Positions 12,413 through 25,597 of a DNA stretch of 64,000 nucleotides are shown here, piece after piece (the stretch's first letter is position 1; each line of letters begins with the position of its first letter). The translations under genes were made by a program, and so were the position numbers. Below the pieces are notes generated by a model. That model was not told where the DNA came from, did not search any database, and saw nothing but the letters and a program-made list of their open reading frames with translations. The stretch is from Sphagnum compactum (lineage: Eukaryota). Location: assembly GCA_965153455.1 (NCBI GenBank), contig OZ234494.1, forward strand, positions 4,340,001-4,404,000, written 5' to 3'.

Positions 12413-15400
12413 TCAATCCCTTGCAGGTGGGGACGAAATTGGTGACTCTGCTTTCACAATCCCTAATCCTATGTTAAAATGGTGATCATGATCATCATCA
12501 TAGTAGACAGGTTCTCCATTCACAATGTACGCATCCAGTACCATAGATCGAGGACCCACCAAGCTCAACCAAACCTGTGCATTCCCCATAACCACCCCCA
12601 ACACCCAGCCCAACACAGAGACTCCTTAACCTCTCATTACTCTGAAATTGATGATACTCAAAAAAAGTTCATACTTGCCAAACAGTATGCCATTTTGAAG
12701 GTTAACTTAGAAGTACAAGAACATATAATAAAGTTGATGAGAAGGCTCAAGATACCGGCAAGAAGACAAGGCCATGAAGAGCACCCAATACCACAAGCCC
12801 CAAGTACATTCGGAAGTAGTAGACCTGTTGCCCCAGCAACCACTTTGTTAAGAAGAACCCTCAGCTAACTGGAGAAACAAAATTGAAGCCAGATTTCATG
12901 CATGCTTGAGGCATAAAAAAATGATACAGTTTCAGATTGAAGAGATTATTAGATGGGCAAGAACTTGCCTCAAAAATTTCAGAACGTGAAAAGTAGAGGA
13001 CCAAGACACCCGCAAATTTTGTGAGTGTAATTCCACTGTGGGAGCAGGAACCCAGTCAGCTGTTTAGCACACTCCAGATATTCTTCTGCACCTCATATAC
13101 ATTATAAAAAAGTACTGTAATATTTTTTGAACATAGAGCACAGACAGTTGGTAAGAACATTACAATTGCATTGAAGTGGTAGAATGATTGAAACTAGGCA
13201 AAGCTGCAGTACCTAAATACAGAGGCTCCCATTGTCAGGAGAGCCTTGGTTGCTCGCACTGCCCTATGCCCTGTTGCCATCTGAAATTCCAACAAAAGCA
13301 TGATACATAAGTCACTGCTTAGAGTTTAGGGTTTAAGGTTTGTACAAACCTGAATTTCACCCAAAATCTACAAAGAGGGCTCATGATTCTGTAGCCATGA
13401 ACTCACAGTTTTTACCAATTTGTATGGAAAAAATAACCACAGAGAGTGTGGGGGATGATCAAAATCCATGGTGGTGAGACAGCAAGACACTACTTACAGT
13501 GAATGCATGTGTAATGTGTACACAAAACTCGACTGCAATGCCTACTGACATGACCAGATTCACAACAGAGACAGCATTGAGCTGTATATCCCAGACCACC
13601 ATGAGGCCCTGCACCCCATTACCCACAACCTCAACCTTACACATATGGATCACTCAGGACAACACTCAACACCAAAACTAAACTCCAGTACCACAGATGA
13701 GACATATAAGTCCAATACTATCAAACAGTCAATTGCCCAAAGCGAGCCATACTTCTCAGCCAATCCAAACTTCCTTCACAGGCATGTGGAGAGAAGATTT
13801 GTAAGCCAGCAGACATGTTATGTTCAAGTACAGATTAAACTTACCAGCAGGTCGACAATGATCATGGAAATAACAGAAACAATGATGGCTGCCGTCCAGA
13901 TACTGCATCATGAACTGACAATCGTAAGAAGAGGAGTGAACCACCGGTTGTAAGTTGACAGATCAACTCCAAGTACAGAGACAACAATATAGTATTGTAG
14001 CTAAGGGCAAAGTATACAAACAAGTCTGTTACAGAAGGTGTCACAAAAAAACAGAGAACATCACTCACCTGCTTGTGGTGATAAGGCACACGACGAACAC
14101 AGCAGCTGCACCACATAGAAAAACATTCAGCAAAAAATTCCAATTGACAGCATCTGATAACAGAAGACACTAGTGAAATTCCACCACACAAATTTTGTTC
14201 TAGAACAATTATGTGACAATGCATGACATGCTCAGACATGTGACACCATGATTCACTTTCACCACAGTCCAACACTGTACAACTGTGTTGTTTGAAATTA
14301 GTAGATGGGGAATCGGGATTGAACATAGAACACACCCAGAGCAAGTGCAAGGCTGACTGTAGTGGTCTTCACAATGTTGAGATACTGTTCAAAGTAGATG
14401 TAGAACACTGAGTACGGGAACACTGTAATCTGCAACATTGGGAAAAACCATCAAATCACTCTTTTATGAATCTTCCCACTCACTGTATGGCCAACACGAC
14501 AGAAGTGCAAGGTGCCATATGCTGCTGCAACAAGAGCTTGACGTCGTCAGAGAATTCTCAAAGTCAAGAATCTGAGTCTCGACAACTCTTAATCCTTAGA
14601 CCTATGTCTCAAAGTCCTTAAACCTATGCAACCCCAATAGAGAGAGAGTGCATGGGTACAGCATTTCAGTAGACCATATGAATTGTGGACAATCCAGCCT
14701 TGTTTGGGCTCAGACTTCAGAAAGAACATGCATCACTACACAGTAAAAGAGCAGGTTTAGAAGACTCTACCCCCAAAGACTGAGAAATTCTTTTTGTGAA
14801 GTCCTTGGCTGCACGAAGGGCATCAACAAAGTCATTCTGCAATCACAAAACCATACACCAGGAGTCATCCCTATGTTCCAGTCTTTGTCCCTCACATCCA
14901 CAAATTAATGGAGTTCAGCAAAGGTAATGCACCAAGAGTCAAGTACACCATAGGGTTTAGGGTACAAACAGAGGATATCAAGGTTCATAGGGATGAACCT
15001 GCTTGTTCAGAGGAGTATGGTATGACCGAAACTCTGATGCCTTGATGATCCCACTCTCATATCCTGAAGCACATGCAGATGCCACCCATATTGATTTCTA
15101 GCAATCAATGGCCAAAGGGATTGACCTGAATTGAGCTCTGGATATCAAGTCTCCTTCACATCACACTAAACTTAGCCCCCAGCCAAACAATTGTGACATT
15201 TAGAACTAAAGCTTTTATCTGTGACTACTGTTTCCCCCCTCACCCCCCACCAAAACTGCTGTCCTCAAAGTGATACATCAGGTGTAACAACATCTACACA
15301 AAATTCAAAGCAAGGACAGGGACAGAAGGTCAAAAATATATCTTGGAGAAGTACCATTGAGATCAAGGCTTGTGCTGTAAGCACCATGACCACCCTTTGC

Positions 15401-18400
15401 ACAATCAGCAGATGGAACAGCCTTAAGGAACCATGGTAGCTTCTCCTGAAACTGCATAGTTGATGGTCGACCTTGAAGTAGATCTGTTTGTAAGAAACAC
15501 TGCAGTAACTGCCCAATTTCAGTGACAGTAGGCACCCCACCCAAAACTTTTCCTAGGCAAGTCTGATACAGAAACGAGAAAAAGCTCACACAATATTCCT
15601 TTTAACATTGCGGAGGTCAACTTCTATGTGTGAACTTTGCAGGAAACGGTAGCAAAGAGAAAGCATTGAGGTACCGTGGTGCAGTTGCTGCAAGTGTCAC
15701 TCAAGCCACAGTAGTCCTCACCTTCGGGGCAGCACGGTGGCTGGTTCACATGTCCAAGACACCCACTAAGACCTTCAGCATCCAAGAGTAGGGCCACCAT
15801 GGGTTTAGGGTTTAGGGTTTATCTATGAAATTGCAGACAAATCTCCACAACAACAATTTGAAGGTAATCTGATTTTCACTCACATTTCAGAAAAAATGGG
15901 AAGACTCAGTAGGCACCCATTGGTTCAAAGCTCAAACAACGAAATGTGACATTACTAGAAAAGAATGTGAGTGGACCATACCTGATCATCTGGTGGGCAG
16001 TACTCTCCATCACTAAATTTACGGCAACATCCAAAGGCGTTGGGGGAGAGCCAGACAAGAAAGTCATCTAGCCAGGATGCAGCAGGCCTTGCAACAAAGG
16101 ATGTGTCAGGTGTTGTTGCTGCTCTTGATACCTGCAAAAAGTCCCTTTGTTGACTGAACAATAAAGAGAATACAAGTGACACCTGCATACCCTTAAGTCC
16201 TCCTCCATACTTTAGAGCTTGCAGAAGTAGTGTCTGAGACTGGAAACGAACACAGAACCTGACTTTGGTCTAGATCTGATGATAGGGATGACAATTTTGG
16301 GCCAAACATGATCACCTCATTAAGTAGCGAGCTTGGGTCACACTGGCTGATGGAGCATAACAAATTTGTGTGATTGCTTGTAATGCTGCACAATTCAGAA
16401 TGTCATAGCTCATCAACAATTCTCCAGAGCTCATATGCCAATCACAAGCAGGATTCGACTATCCTCTCCAGAAGGGGGAAAAAACTTGGGGTTCGATCAG
16501 GTTACAAAATGAGGAACCTGTAATTGTAATCCTTGACCACGAAATAAACCGGAGGCCCCACACGAAGGTACTCTGTTATATTATCAAAGTAACCCTGCAC
16601 AGTCCCATTCTATAGTTTGTAAAAATCATATAACAAACAATAAGGCACAACCCAATGCCCAAAATTACAGGTCTTAAGTATGTCTTTTCTCCACCACTCA
16701 CAAGGTTACAAAGCTAACAGATGAGCACCCACCCACCTGAAGGTAAGAATCTCGAGGAAGAACTATCTTCTGCTCCAACCCAGGTGAAAGTTGTGGTAAC
16801 AATGTCTGCAGTGGAGATTAGGTGGCCCAACAGTGAGGAAGAAACACATATAGGGGTTTCAACCCTTTCTTTGCATGCAAGAAAGAAAACAACATTTTTA
16901 GACCCCCTTTGTAAGAAACTCCTTCAAGAAAGTATCATCACCCAAGTTGCTCATTCAGTTTTGAATCAAATTTCCCTTTCAAAGACAAGCAGAATGCAGC
17001 AAGTAAAAGAAAGGGACAACAATGTAAACTCACAATATTGGTGAACAACAATCCAAAAAAGATTGCCAACACCAGGGCTTTAACTTCCGGAACTTCAAGA
17101 ATCGGAGCATGATATCTCTGCAAGACCATCAGTCCAGGACCCCAAGACATCAACATCCAAGGGTGTCATCAGTCCAGCCAAATACAGAGTACTTCCCAAT
17201 GTATCTGCCCAATTGAATTTCCAGTCTGCCCCTCACTGCAATGTCCGACTTCAAAACCAACCAGCAAGTGCAATACACAGCGTCTGAGAAAATTGAATCC
17301 CAAAGGTGGATCAAATGTACTGACCTGCATGTACTGAGCAAGTAGCCCAGGCTCACTGCACCTTCTCAGTGACGCTGCAAACATCAACCCTTCATGCTTT
17401 GAGAAAAAACTAAAGCTCATAGTACCCCATGATCACTAGTAGTTTTGTGACCCATACCAGTCAGTATGTGGGAATCATACACATCATTGCAGATTGTGGA
17501 GCAAAGAGGTTTTCTAACATTCACTTTGAAGCAAAGCATATCCCAAAAATGATCACACCAGCATTCATCCAACTGAATAAATTTCAAAAAGGGATGGATC
17601 AAGCTCCTTAAACCCCCAGTACCTCACCAAAAGGAAAACAAAATCGCAACAGAAAACTGTAGCACGCTGAACAAAAGAATGACATTAGATTTGTGGAAAC
17701 AAAACACAGAAGATCATAGTTTTACCTGCAGATTGCTCATCAGGATCATCACTCCCAACAGGTATACAAGGGAGGCAGTCAACACGACCACTCTCAGTTC
17801 TCCTGAAGTCGAGAGTGAGAAGAGCGACAAAAGCTGTGATTTGTAGCAGATAATCCAGCAACACCGCCACAGCTGCATCACAATCGAGGAGCATATATGA
17901 TGTGACATGGGGATTTGCAAAGCGTTGTTCAACAGCTTGAACAAATAGCTTAAATAGATTGAAAAGTCAAAAAGTCAAAAAGTTGATTGGCATACCAGCA
18001 AACATGGAGAAGACCTGGCATGCAGGCATTGGTGTGAAAGTTCCTACAGCAAAAGCAATGACCTCAGCAAGGCTGGCGAGTGTAATGGAGGGGCCTACTT
18101 CTGCCAGTGCAAGGCCCATCCGCCCCTCTAGCAACAGATTTGGGTCCTGCCGTTTCAATGCATTGACAAGAATGCACATGTTGTCCACTCCAACCTGTCA
18201 TCCAACAAGCAGAAGTTCAACCCAATGTCCTCAGAAAAGTAGCAAGCTCAAATTTAGGGTTTAGGGTGTTCGTATACCGCAAGAACAAGAAAAGGGATGA
18301 CTTCGACAATGATCAAAGTAGACTTCACTCCAAACATGCTGCAGATGCCCATCGAACCCAGCACTGACAGTGCCACAATGACAACTCCAGACAATCCTAG

Positions 18401-21400
18401 CAGCACCTGCATAAAAAATTCAAACCACATCTGTGTTACAGGAGCAAGGATCAGGGAAATACAACTAAAGAGAGAGAGAGAAAAGACCCCAACAACCATG
18501 GAGCATTCACAAGCTTGTGTCCTTGTTCCTGTAAAATGCATATTGGATCCTCACCTTCGAAGTAACATAGAAAGGAGCAATATTTGGTCTGTAGTCCCCA
18601 AGTGTGAGTGAAATATACACAAACATCACAAGGTAGCTGATCTGTTTTCACAAGTGAAATGGAACGCTGGTTAGTAAGCTAACACAGAAACACCACATTG
18701 CAAAAGCCAAAAATCTCAAGCTCCTGAACAAAAAAGCTGATGACCACCAGCATAGAGGAACAGGCATAGGATATACAAATCTAGACACTAGGTGAAGAAT
18801 TGCTTGTACCGCAATAGTTGGGATATCAGCTGTGCTCTCTCGTTTTAGTTCTGCCTCAATAGAGCTTTCAGATGAATATGCAAGGGTCAAGTGTTGTGCT
18901 TCTGCCATTCCAACAAGCTCCTCCTGAACCCATCACTCCCATTTGGATATCAGTGCATCGCGTCTTGGGAATGTGAACTGAATGTCTCACTGCTAGGACT
19001 GCTTGCTAATGGATGTACAAGGAGAAATAAAAAGTCATACCTTGACAAGATTGATAAAGGCCCGTTCCCAGGCTACAGCAGCAGCATTGCCATTTTCTGA
19101 GACCGCATTGACAACCGGATATGTAACCACCAATGTTGTCGCCTGTTTCAACAAGAATTCATGCAAACCCCAAATGGCAAGGACAACCCATAAGAGAGAA
19201 AGAGGATGAAACAACCATGTTGTCAGATGACCAACTAGAGAGTACTGACAAGTCTCAAGGCCAGGCCTAAAGTAGAAATGGGTGTTGGCACCTGTGTTCA
19301 GAAATGATGAGACTAGAAAGGAATAACCTGAGAATAGTTGTTCCCTGAAAAGCCACCGAGGATAGTGGTGGGGTCAACAGGACCACCAAAGGCACTAAGG
19401 CAAGCCTCTGATGATGAGTAATGCTGCAAGAGCAAAGAGAAGCAGGGTGAGGTTGCAAGCCACATGGGTTCAATCCAGCACATTTTCCACAGATCTGTTC
19501 ACAGGGAGCACTAGTAGTGGATGGAGAAAACACCTACCTCAAAGCAGAATTCTGCATGGGTGGCACCCTCATACTCATCAAACAAATCTGGATCCATTTT
19601 GAAATACTGCATACACCACAGTCCAAGGTCATCCCACTCCTCATACAAAGCATCCATAACAGAGATAAGGAATGGACAGCCAGCCAGCCAGCCCCACACA
19701 TGAAATGAAAACTGAGAAGACATTCCAGAAGGACCGTAGGTAGGGAGTAAGACAAAACCAAGAAAGAAAGAAATGCATTCAGGAAAAGAAGGAAATAGTT
19801 AGTACCTGTAGAACACTTTGGGTTGCACAAGGGGTTCCCAAAGGCTTCAAACAAATGTCCTGAAGACCAATGAGTTCACCAGAATAATTTCCCTGCAGAC
19901 GATCGATCTGGAAGTACACGAAAATAAAGTCATGTGATGTGGAACTAAGCTTAATTGTCTGGTGTACCCAAGCAAAGATCCAACTGATGATTAGAAGTCC
20001 TAACAAAATCCAACCTCAGCGTAGGGTTTAGGATTTAGGGCCAATCACCCACTTTCTCTTGCATTTCAAACATGAGCAGCAGGTTCTCGTCGGTGACAAT
20101 ACTTGGAGCCACAGTCTGTCCTTCTGCTGGCAATGTTGCTAGTATCAGCTGGGTTCCCCAAGACCCAGAGATAGCACAATAATAACATGTAGGTCAGTTT
20201 GTTTGCCAATGCACAAGACAATGAATCACAATTAGAACACAAAATGGATACATGTGTAATACAAACAGCCAAAAGTCTGAAGTGGTTGATAACTTGACCT
20301 GATGTACAAATGCAAAGAAAAACACCTGCTCAATTCTGTAGAAGGGTGCCAAATGGGTATCAAAGAATTCCTTTTCCTCTGCAGCCTGACTTCCTGGGGC
20401 TACCCAAAGCTGCAATGAAGAAAAGCCTCAAAATAAGGCAAGGAAAAACCTGGACAAAGAAATTGTATTCTATAATCTTAAAGTTGTCCTTCCCTGATGT
20501 TGCAAGTATATTTTGAAAGCATGGAGTGGGTCATCAAGAGTCTTGGACAGTTTCAGGACTTGAAGCATTTTCACAACCCAAAGGCCCACCTTTTCAGGAC
20601 GAGTCTCAACTGTCAACCAAAACAAGCCCAGACACAGCACCACTGCAATAATAAGGGCCACTGCCAGCACTAATAGTGCATTCTGAGCAATCCATTCTCC
20701 CTGTACTCTGTCAATCACCAACAAGATGCTTGTCATTCATGACTGTAGCCAACACCTCGGTCTTCATTGAAGTCAAGTGATGACCAAGTTTCTGACAAAG
20801 CACAACCTCATCAACAAACTGATGATGTGGTGAGAGAGTAAGCAAATGTACCTAAATTGATTGGAAAGAAAGGCCTCCATGTAAGGTGGGTTCTCTGCCT
20901 GTTTCCTGGCACCTCTGATTTCCTGTGTGTAGTAAATACTGAAACTTTTAGAATGCCCAGTGCTTTGGCTCTCAAATGTCTAGGTGTCACATATATATCT
21001 TTGACCAAAACATCATATCTCTTGAGAGGTGTGCTTCAGACCAGATTAGTGTGTACCTCAGCAACACGGATTTCATCACTGGAGTCAGGAGCCTCAAGTT
21101 CAGTGTCTTCTGGAACTGATACCAAAGGTTCATCCAGTCCTAGTTCACCAGAATCCTCTGGCTTGTGAAAGGTCCACCACCACCCAAATATTGCAAAAAG
21201 GACAAATATGTACAGTATTAACATCGTCACTTTCAGACAGCTGACCTGCATGCAACCCCATTGGAAAAAAAAATTACTCCTCAAGAATGTTCCTTTCCTC
21301 ACTTGAATCAGCAATTTCAAGTTACCTTTAAGCACTCTGGCAAATAGCTTGGTGACATTTCTAAGTCTTTTAATCCAAAAGATGAAATTGTCGCTTCTTG

Positions 21401-24184
21401 CATGGAAGGAAGACAGTCTTTGCTGAGGGAGTTACCTGATAATCAGCAATCTTGACAAAACATCCCTCACTTGGGGGGGGAGGAGGAGGGGATATGTCAG
21501 CACAAATAGAGGCTCCTGGGCAGTCTCCACATGAGCATCCGAGCGAAGAATCATCACAAGCTGCCACAGGAATATCTACAGGTTCCATCAGGGATCCCTC
21601 CTCCAAAGATGTCTTGAAATTCAATGCGAAAGGGGAGCCAGGTTCGTACAGCCCTGCTTCTCTTCCGATGAATGTGAACCACTCTGAAAGTTACAAAAAC
21701 ACACAATCAGATCCACATCGTATATCAAGCAGTTCACAGCACTGAATTGACTGGCTCATCAATCCCAAAGCTCTAATACACACTGCCTTCATGAGCTCAA
21801 TGGCAACATTTTGAATGTCAGCAATGTTGCCCCAATTGTAAACCCTAAACAAATATCTGTAACCCTATTTTGTTTCAAAGCTCCAACCCATCAGTTATCT
21901 CCAAAGCCAATCTATGTAAATTGATGTTACAGATGCAAAATGGGAACAAGGATCTCTCACCAGTGTAATTTCTTGCACCTCCACCCACAAAATCTAGAGC
22001 ACGTGTATTCATGGCAGCAAATTTAACATCCTTGCATGAGTCATAAAACCTTGACCCAAACTCTTCTGTTACAAAGAAATCAATAGCTTTGATGGTCTCC
22101 ACATCAGTGTCCTGCAGAACAGAGACACACAAGCTCAGCCATCAGCCAGTTAGCTAAAGACAATTCAAAATGGCTAAAAATGTGTTTTTTTGGTTTTCGA
22201 GTCACCAAATTTCTACATTTTTTTAATAAATGTTGCCAGATTTCTCTATTGGGTTCTAGCATGTAGCCAAAAATGTGAAGGAATCTTCAACTATTTTTAC
22301 TTTCAGATCCTGTTTATAGGCAAATTTGGCTAAATTGTATTATTGCTGATCGCCAGGTCAGCTACATCACAAATATGAAAAACAAACTCTGCTCTTCACA
22401 CATGGAGTGGAGAGACAAAAGAGAGAGAAAGAAAAGAAAGTGTCTCTTACTGTGTGGATGGCTGTAACATTGATGATCAGACTTTGATCTGGAGAGCACG
22501 ACAGTTCACAGAACATGTTCAAGAAGTTGCGAAGGCATGCTGGACAGCCTGTCAAGAAAGGAACAGCCTGCGCATCAAGTGCATCAGAGACACAATCTTT
22601 GGAATACAGGAAAAAAATAATAGTATCATAATGTCATAGTAGCAGAGGGGTCCAAAAGAAGAAATGGCACCACATAACACTTCAAACTGGATTCTTGTAT
22701 ACATGGATATATAAAGGAAAACAGCAAACAAGGACAGAGATCAACCTGCTGAACTTGAGTCCGGAGTTGATCAAACTGGTCTTCAGTACAACACACATCA
22801 CCTGTGATTCTCGGACACAGACTCTGCACTTTGAGTGAAAAAGCCTCACTTGGCTGTGTTGCAAACAGAGAAATAGAGAGTTAGAAAGCAGATACTTTGC
22901 CTTGACTATTTATGGATTGCTGTGGAGTGCTTGCACATCATCCAATTCCTCTTACAAATCTATTTTAAAGTTCATGCTCTTAAAAAATCACAACTCGGAA
23001 AGCATACTTCTACCCACAATTAGGGTTTCTCATCAAGTCATTTGTCAAGGAGAAAAGGTAGCACATAAAGGAGCCAAGGAAAACATTACAGTGACTGCTG
23101 GTGTAGGGTAGGGACAATTCAACACTTTCCCATCAGTTCGACTCCCACATATATCGTACATGGCACACACATTCTTCTCATGCTGCTCGGTACTGTACTC
23201 AAGTGTTCATGAAGCACCCACCCACATGAGCAAAACCAGGTCTCATCAATCTCTTTTAAGGAGATCATCATGGAATACAAAGTGAATGTACACCAAGAAA
23301 GTGCTTGGTACTTACAATTGCAGGTTGCCCAATTGATGATGATCCACTGTCGTTCGGTGAAATGCACATTCTGAGACCCCAACCTGCAACCAGATCAAAA
23401 AAACATCATTGGTGCATGCCATGCTGACCTACCCTAACCCGTATACATATTTTCAGTGCCAAATCTATCAAATTTTACTTGCGAGATTTTCCACATTCCC
23501 ATTTGTCATGCCCCACCAAAGAAACAATTCGCAAGTACAATTTGTGGATTGCTGCTCTAGTCCAAAACCAGTTGAGGCAATGGGCCTCTTATTATTGCCA
23601 CCATTTTCTGATCATGATGGTCCAAAATCCAAAACCCTAAATTACATGTCTCCATTTTTTTCGTCCCATCTGAAGTACCATGTGCATCAGCAAATCAATT
23701 GTGAATCAGATTTACTCTGATTGGCATTTTCCTCTCCACTGAGAAAAATCAATCAAATAAAGAGATTCTCCTTGGAAAAAAGAAGCAAAAAAAACCCACA
23801 CCATAACTCAAGAAGATATGCTCTCAGTAATTTATCAACTATTGAACCGAAAACTGTTTTGACCTAACAAAGCTTCACCCATCACTTATTGTAACTCTAG
23901 AAACCTCACAAGCATAAGCATCCTCAGATCAGATGCTGATTCGAGCTCCCAAAATTAATTAACTAATTAATGAATTAAAAATTAAAAAATAAACAACATA
24001 CAAATCGACCAAAAAACACATCGAAGAAACAAGAAACACACCAATTGAATTAGGCAGAAACAAAAAAGTTGAAACCCTAAGAACCCCTAAAAAAAACACC
24101 CAACACTAAAATTACCTGAAGAAAGAGAAGCCCGAAAAAAAAGAACACAAATCTCACAGCACTTCTGCACTTGGACTTCGCCAT
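12413..24184 (-). CDS. NPC1: Niemann-Pick type C1-like sterol transporter (NTD, sterol-sensing domain, Patched/RND family), about 1324 aa
   Basis: 39 exons spliced by hand, all in phase, total 3975 nt: 24184-24116, 23383-23316, 23192-23090, 22853-22746, 22567-22451, 22111-21961, 21683-21436, 21245-21057, 20922-20852, 20707-20590, 20409-20326, 20148-20053, 19907-19806, 19606-19538, 19423-19328, 19142-19041, 18923-18810, 18641-18555, 18406-18278, 18194-17996, 17872-17726, 17374-17325, 17117-17034, 16805-16737, 16594-16518, 16385-16316, 16131-15982, 15740-15675, 15499-15355, 15063-14999, 14836-14771, 14429-14336, 14105-14069, 13902-13845, 13608-13498, 13280-13213, 13035-12969, 12824-12756, 12574-12413. 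Signal peptide [23 protein letters not shown]. Motifs [59 protein letters not shown]. Confidence 0.95.
22165..22372 (-). repeat. Short dispersed repeat in NPC1 intron 5, homologous to 56741-56900
   Basis: Its reverse complement (tttagccaaatttgcctataaacaggatctgaaag...tttttggct) aligns by eye with tttagccaaatttggctatcaacaaaatatgaaag...tttttggct near 56768. Confidence 0.65.
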
Positions 24185-24623
24185 AGCTTTTGTTTTTCCT
24201 GCCTAGAGGATCCTCTCTCTCTCTACCTCGCCCACGCACCCACCTCCCTCCCTTCCTTCCTTGCCAAACCAAAAATTCGCCTTCTTCCTGAAAATTCCAA
24301 CCATGAGTTTATAGTTTACACCCTGATTAACGAAATTTCCACGACAAAAAAAGAAAAAAAAAGGAAACACCTCCCTCCAGATCTTTAAAGTGCCCAAGAT
24401 CTAATTCTTTTTGCAATTTCCAGACGATCCAGCAGCTTCAGTTCTGATGGAAATTTTTAGCAGAAGGAAAAGAGTCGAAGTAGAACCAAAAGAGGAGAGA
24501 AGAAGGAGAAGAGGAGAGCAACCAGCGTGGAATTGCGGAATCCTCATACCCGCGGCGTGCGGTTATTTTGCAAGCCACAGAGATCCGTCGCCTCTAAAAT
24601 TGTGGAATAATAGAACCGCCGGT

Positions 24624-24642
24624 TTTTTTATATTATATATAA
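24624..24642 (-). promoter_or_regulatory. Candidate TATA box for NPC1
   Basis: The minus strand reads TTATATATAATATAAAAAA just upstream of a CT-rich leader (24490-24520), about 440 nt before the ATG. Confidence 0.35.
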
Positions 24643-24817
24643 CACCTAGGTAACTTAATGTGTAGGTTTAGCCCTAACATAAACTAAGTGGTTGCTTATG
24701 TCTAGGCCTAACTTAGGTGCTCACATTTTGTTTTAACCTAAGCCTAAACTAGGGAGCCTAGGTTTAAACCTAGCCTTTGCCTACATAATTAAATGGTTGC
24801 CTATTTTTAGATACCAC

Positions 24818-25006
24818 CACTACTACAAAATGTGAGTGCAATTCACTAGTCCCTGTTCACTAGAGTAGTGAATTCACTATTTTTTCATTGGTCCCCGTTC
24901 ACTATAATTCACTATTTCTTCACTGGTCCCAGTTCACTACAACCAGTGAAATCACTCAAAATCCAGTGAAATCACTTGGCATATAAGGACACCTTTTGTT
25001 GTAGTG
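24818..25006. mobile_element. Complete 189-bp non-autonomous CACTA (En/Spm) mini-element
   Basis: TIRs CACTACTACAAAA ... TTTTGTTGTAGTG (13 bp, 1 mismatch). Perfect 3-bp TSD CAC at 24815-24817 and 25007-25009. Multiple internal TTCACTA/AGTGAA subterminal repeats. Confidence 0.9.
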
Positions 25007-25129
25007 CACTTACATAGACAAACCTAGGTTATGCCACATGTTATTAACTATTGGTTCATCCCGAACCTTATTAAATCACCACACATGTCATCCCACCATC
25101 TGACAAATGCATTGACCATCATAATTGTA

Positions 25130-25597
25130 ACATAATTTTTGCATTTCGACTTAATTTCTACTATGGTTGATCAATGGTGGAATGTTTTGGGTGTGCCCAT
25201 GCGTCACCACATCATTGGTTAAACATTCAATTAACATAGTTGAAATGTAGTCAAAACGGTAACTAAATATTTTGTTGATGTCATACGCAGTAAGCAAGCA
25301 GATGAAATTCATACATTAGTTGAGGGAAGTTGACAACATCTTGTGACTAGGTTGGTAAGATAGTTTGCAACTAAAATGGTTAATAACAGCTATTGATGTG
25401 GTGTTGGCATGTGACAAATTCTTTGAACTGGAATGTCATTCTCCACTTGTACTTGTTAACTATTTTGGTTTGTAGTTGAAAAAAACATTTTTCAACTGCA
25501 AAAAATATTCTAGAACTATTTTTGTTACTTTCAACCATGTTTTATAATCAAGATGATTGAAAACATAGTTGCAAAAAGGGGGGGTTTTCTAATAGTG
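25130..25597. mobile_element. Orphan right end of a second CACTA family
   Basis: Ends GGGGTTTTCTAATAGTG (reverse complement CACTATTAGAAAA), preceded by many TAGTTG/CAACTA subterminal motifs like those after 27010. No matching left end was identified. Confidence 0.55.
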
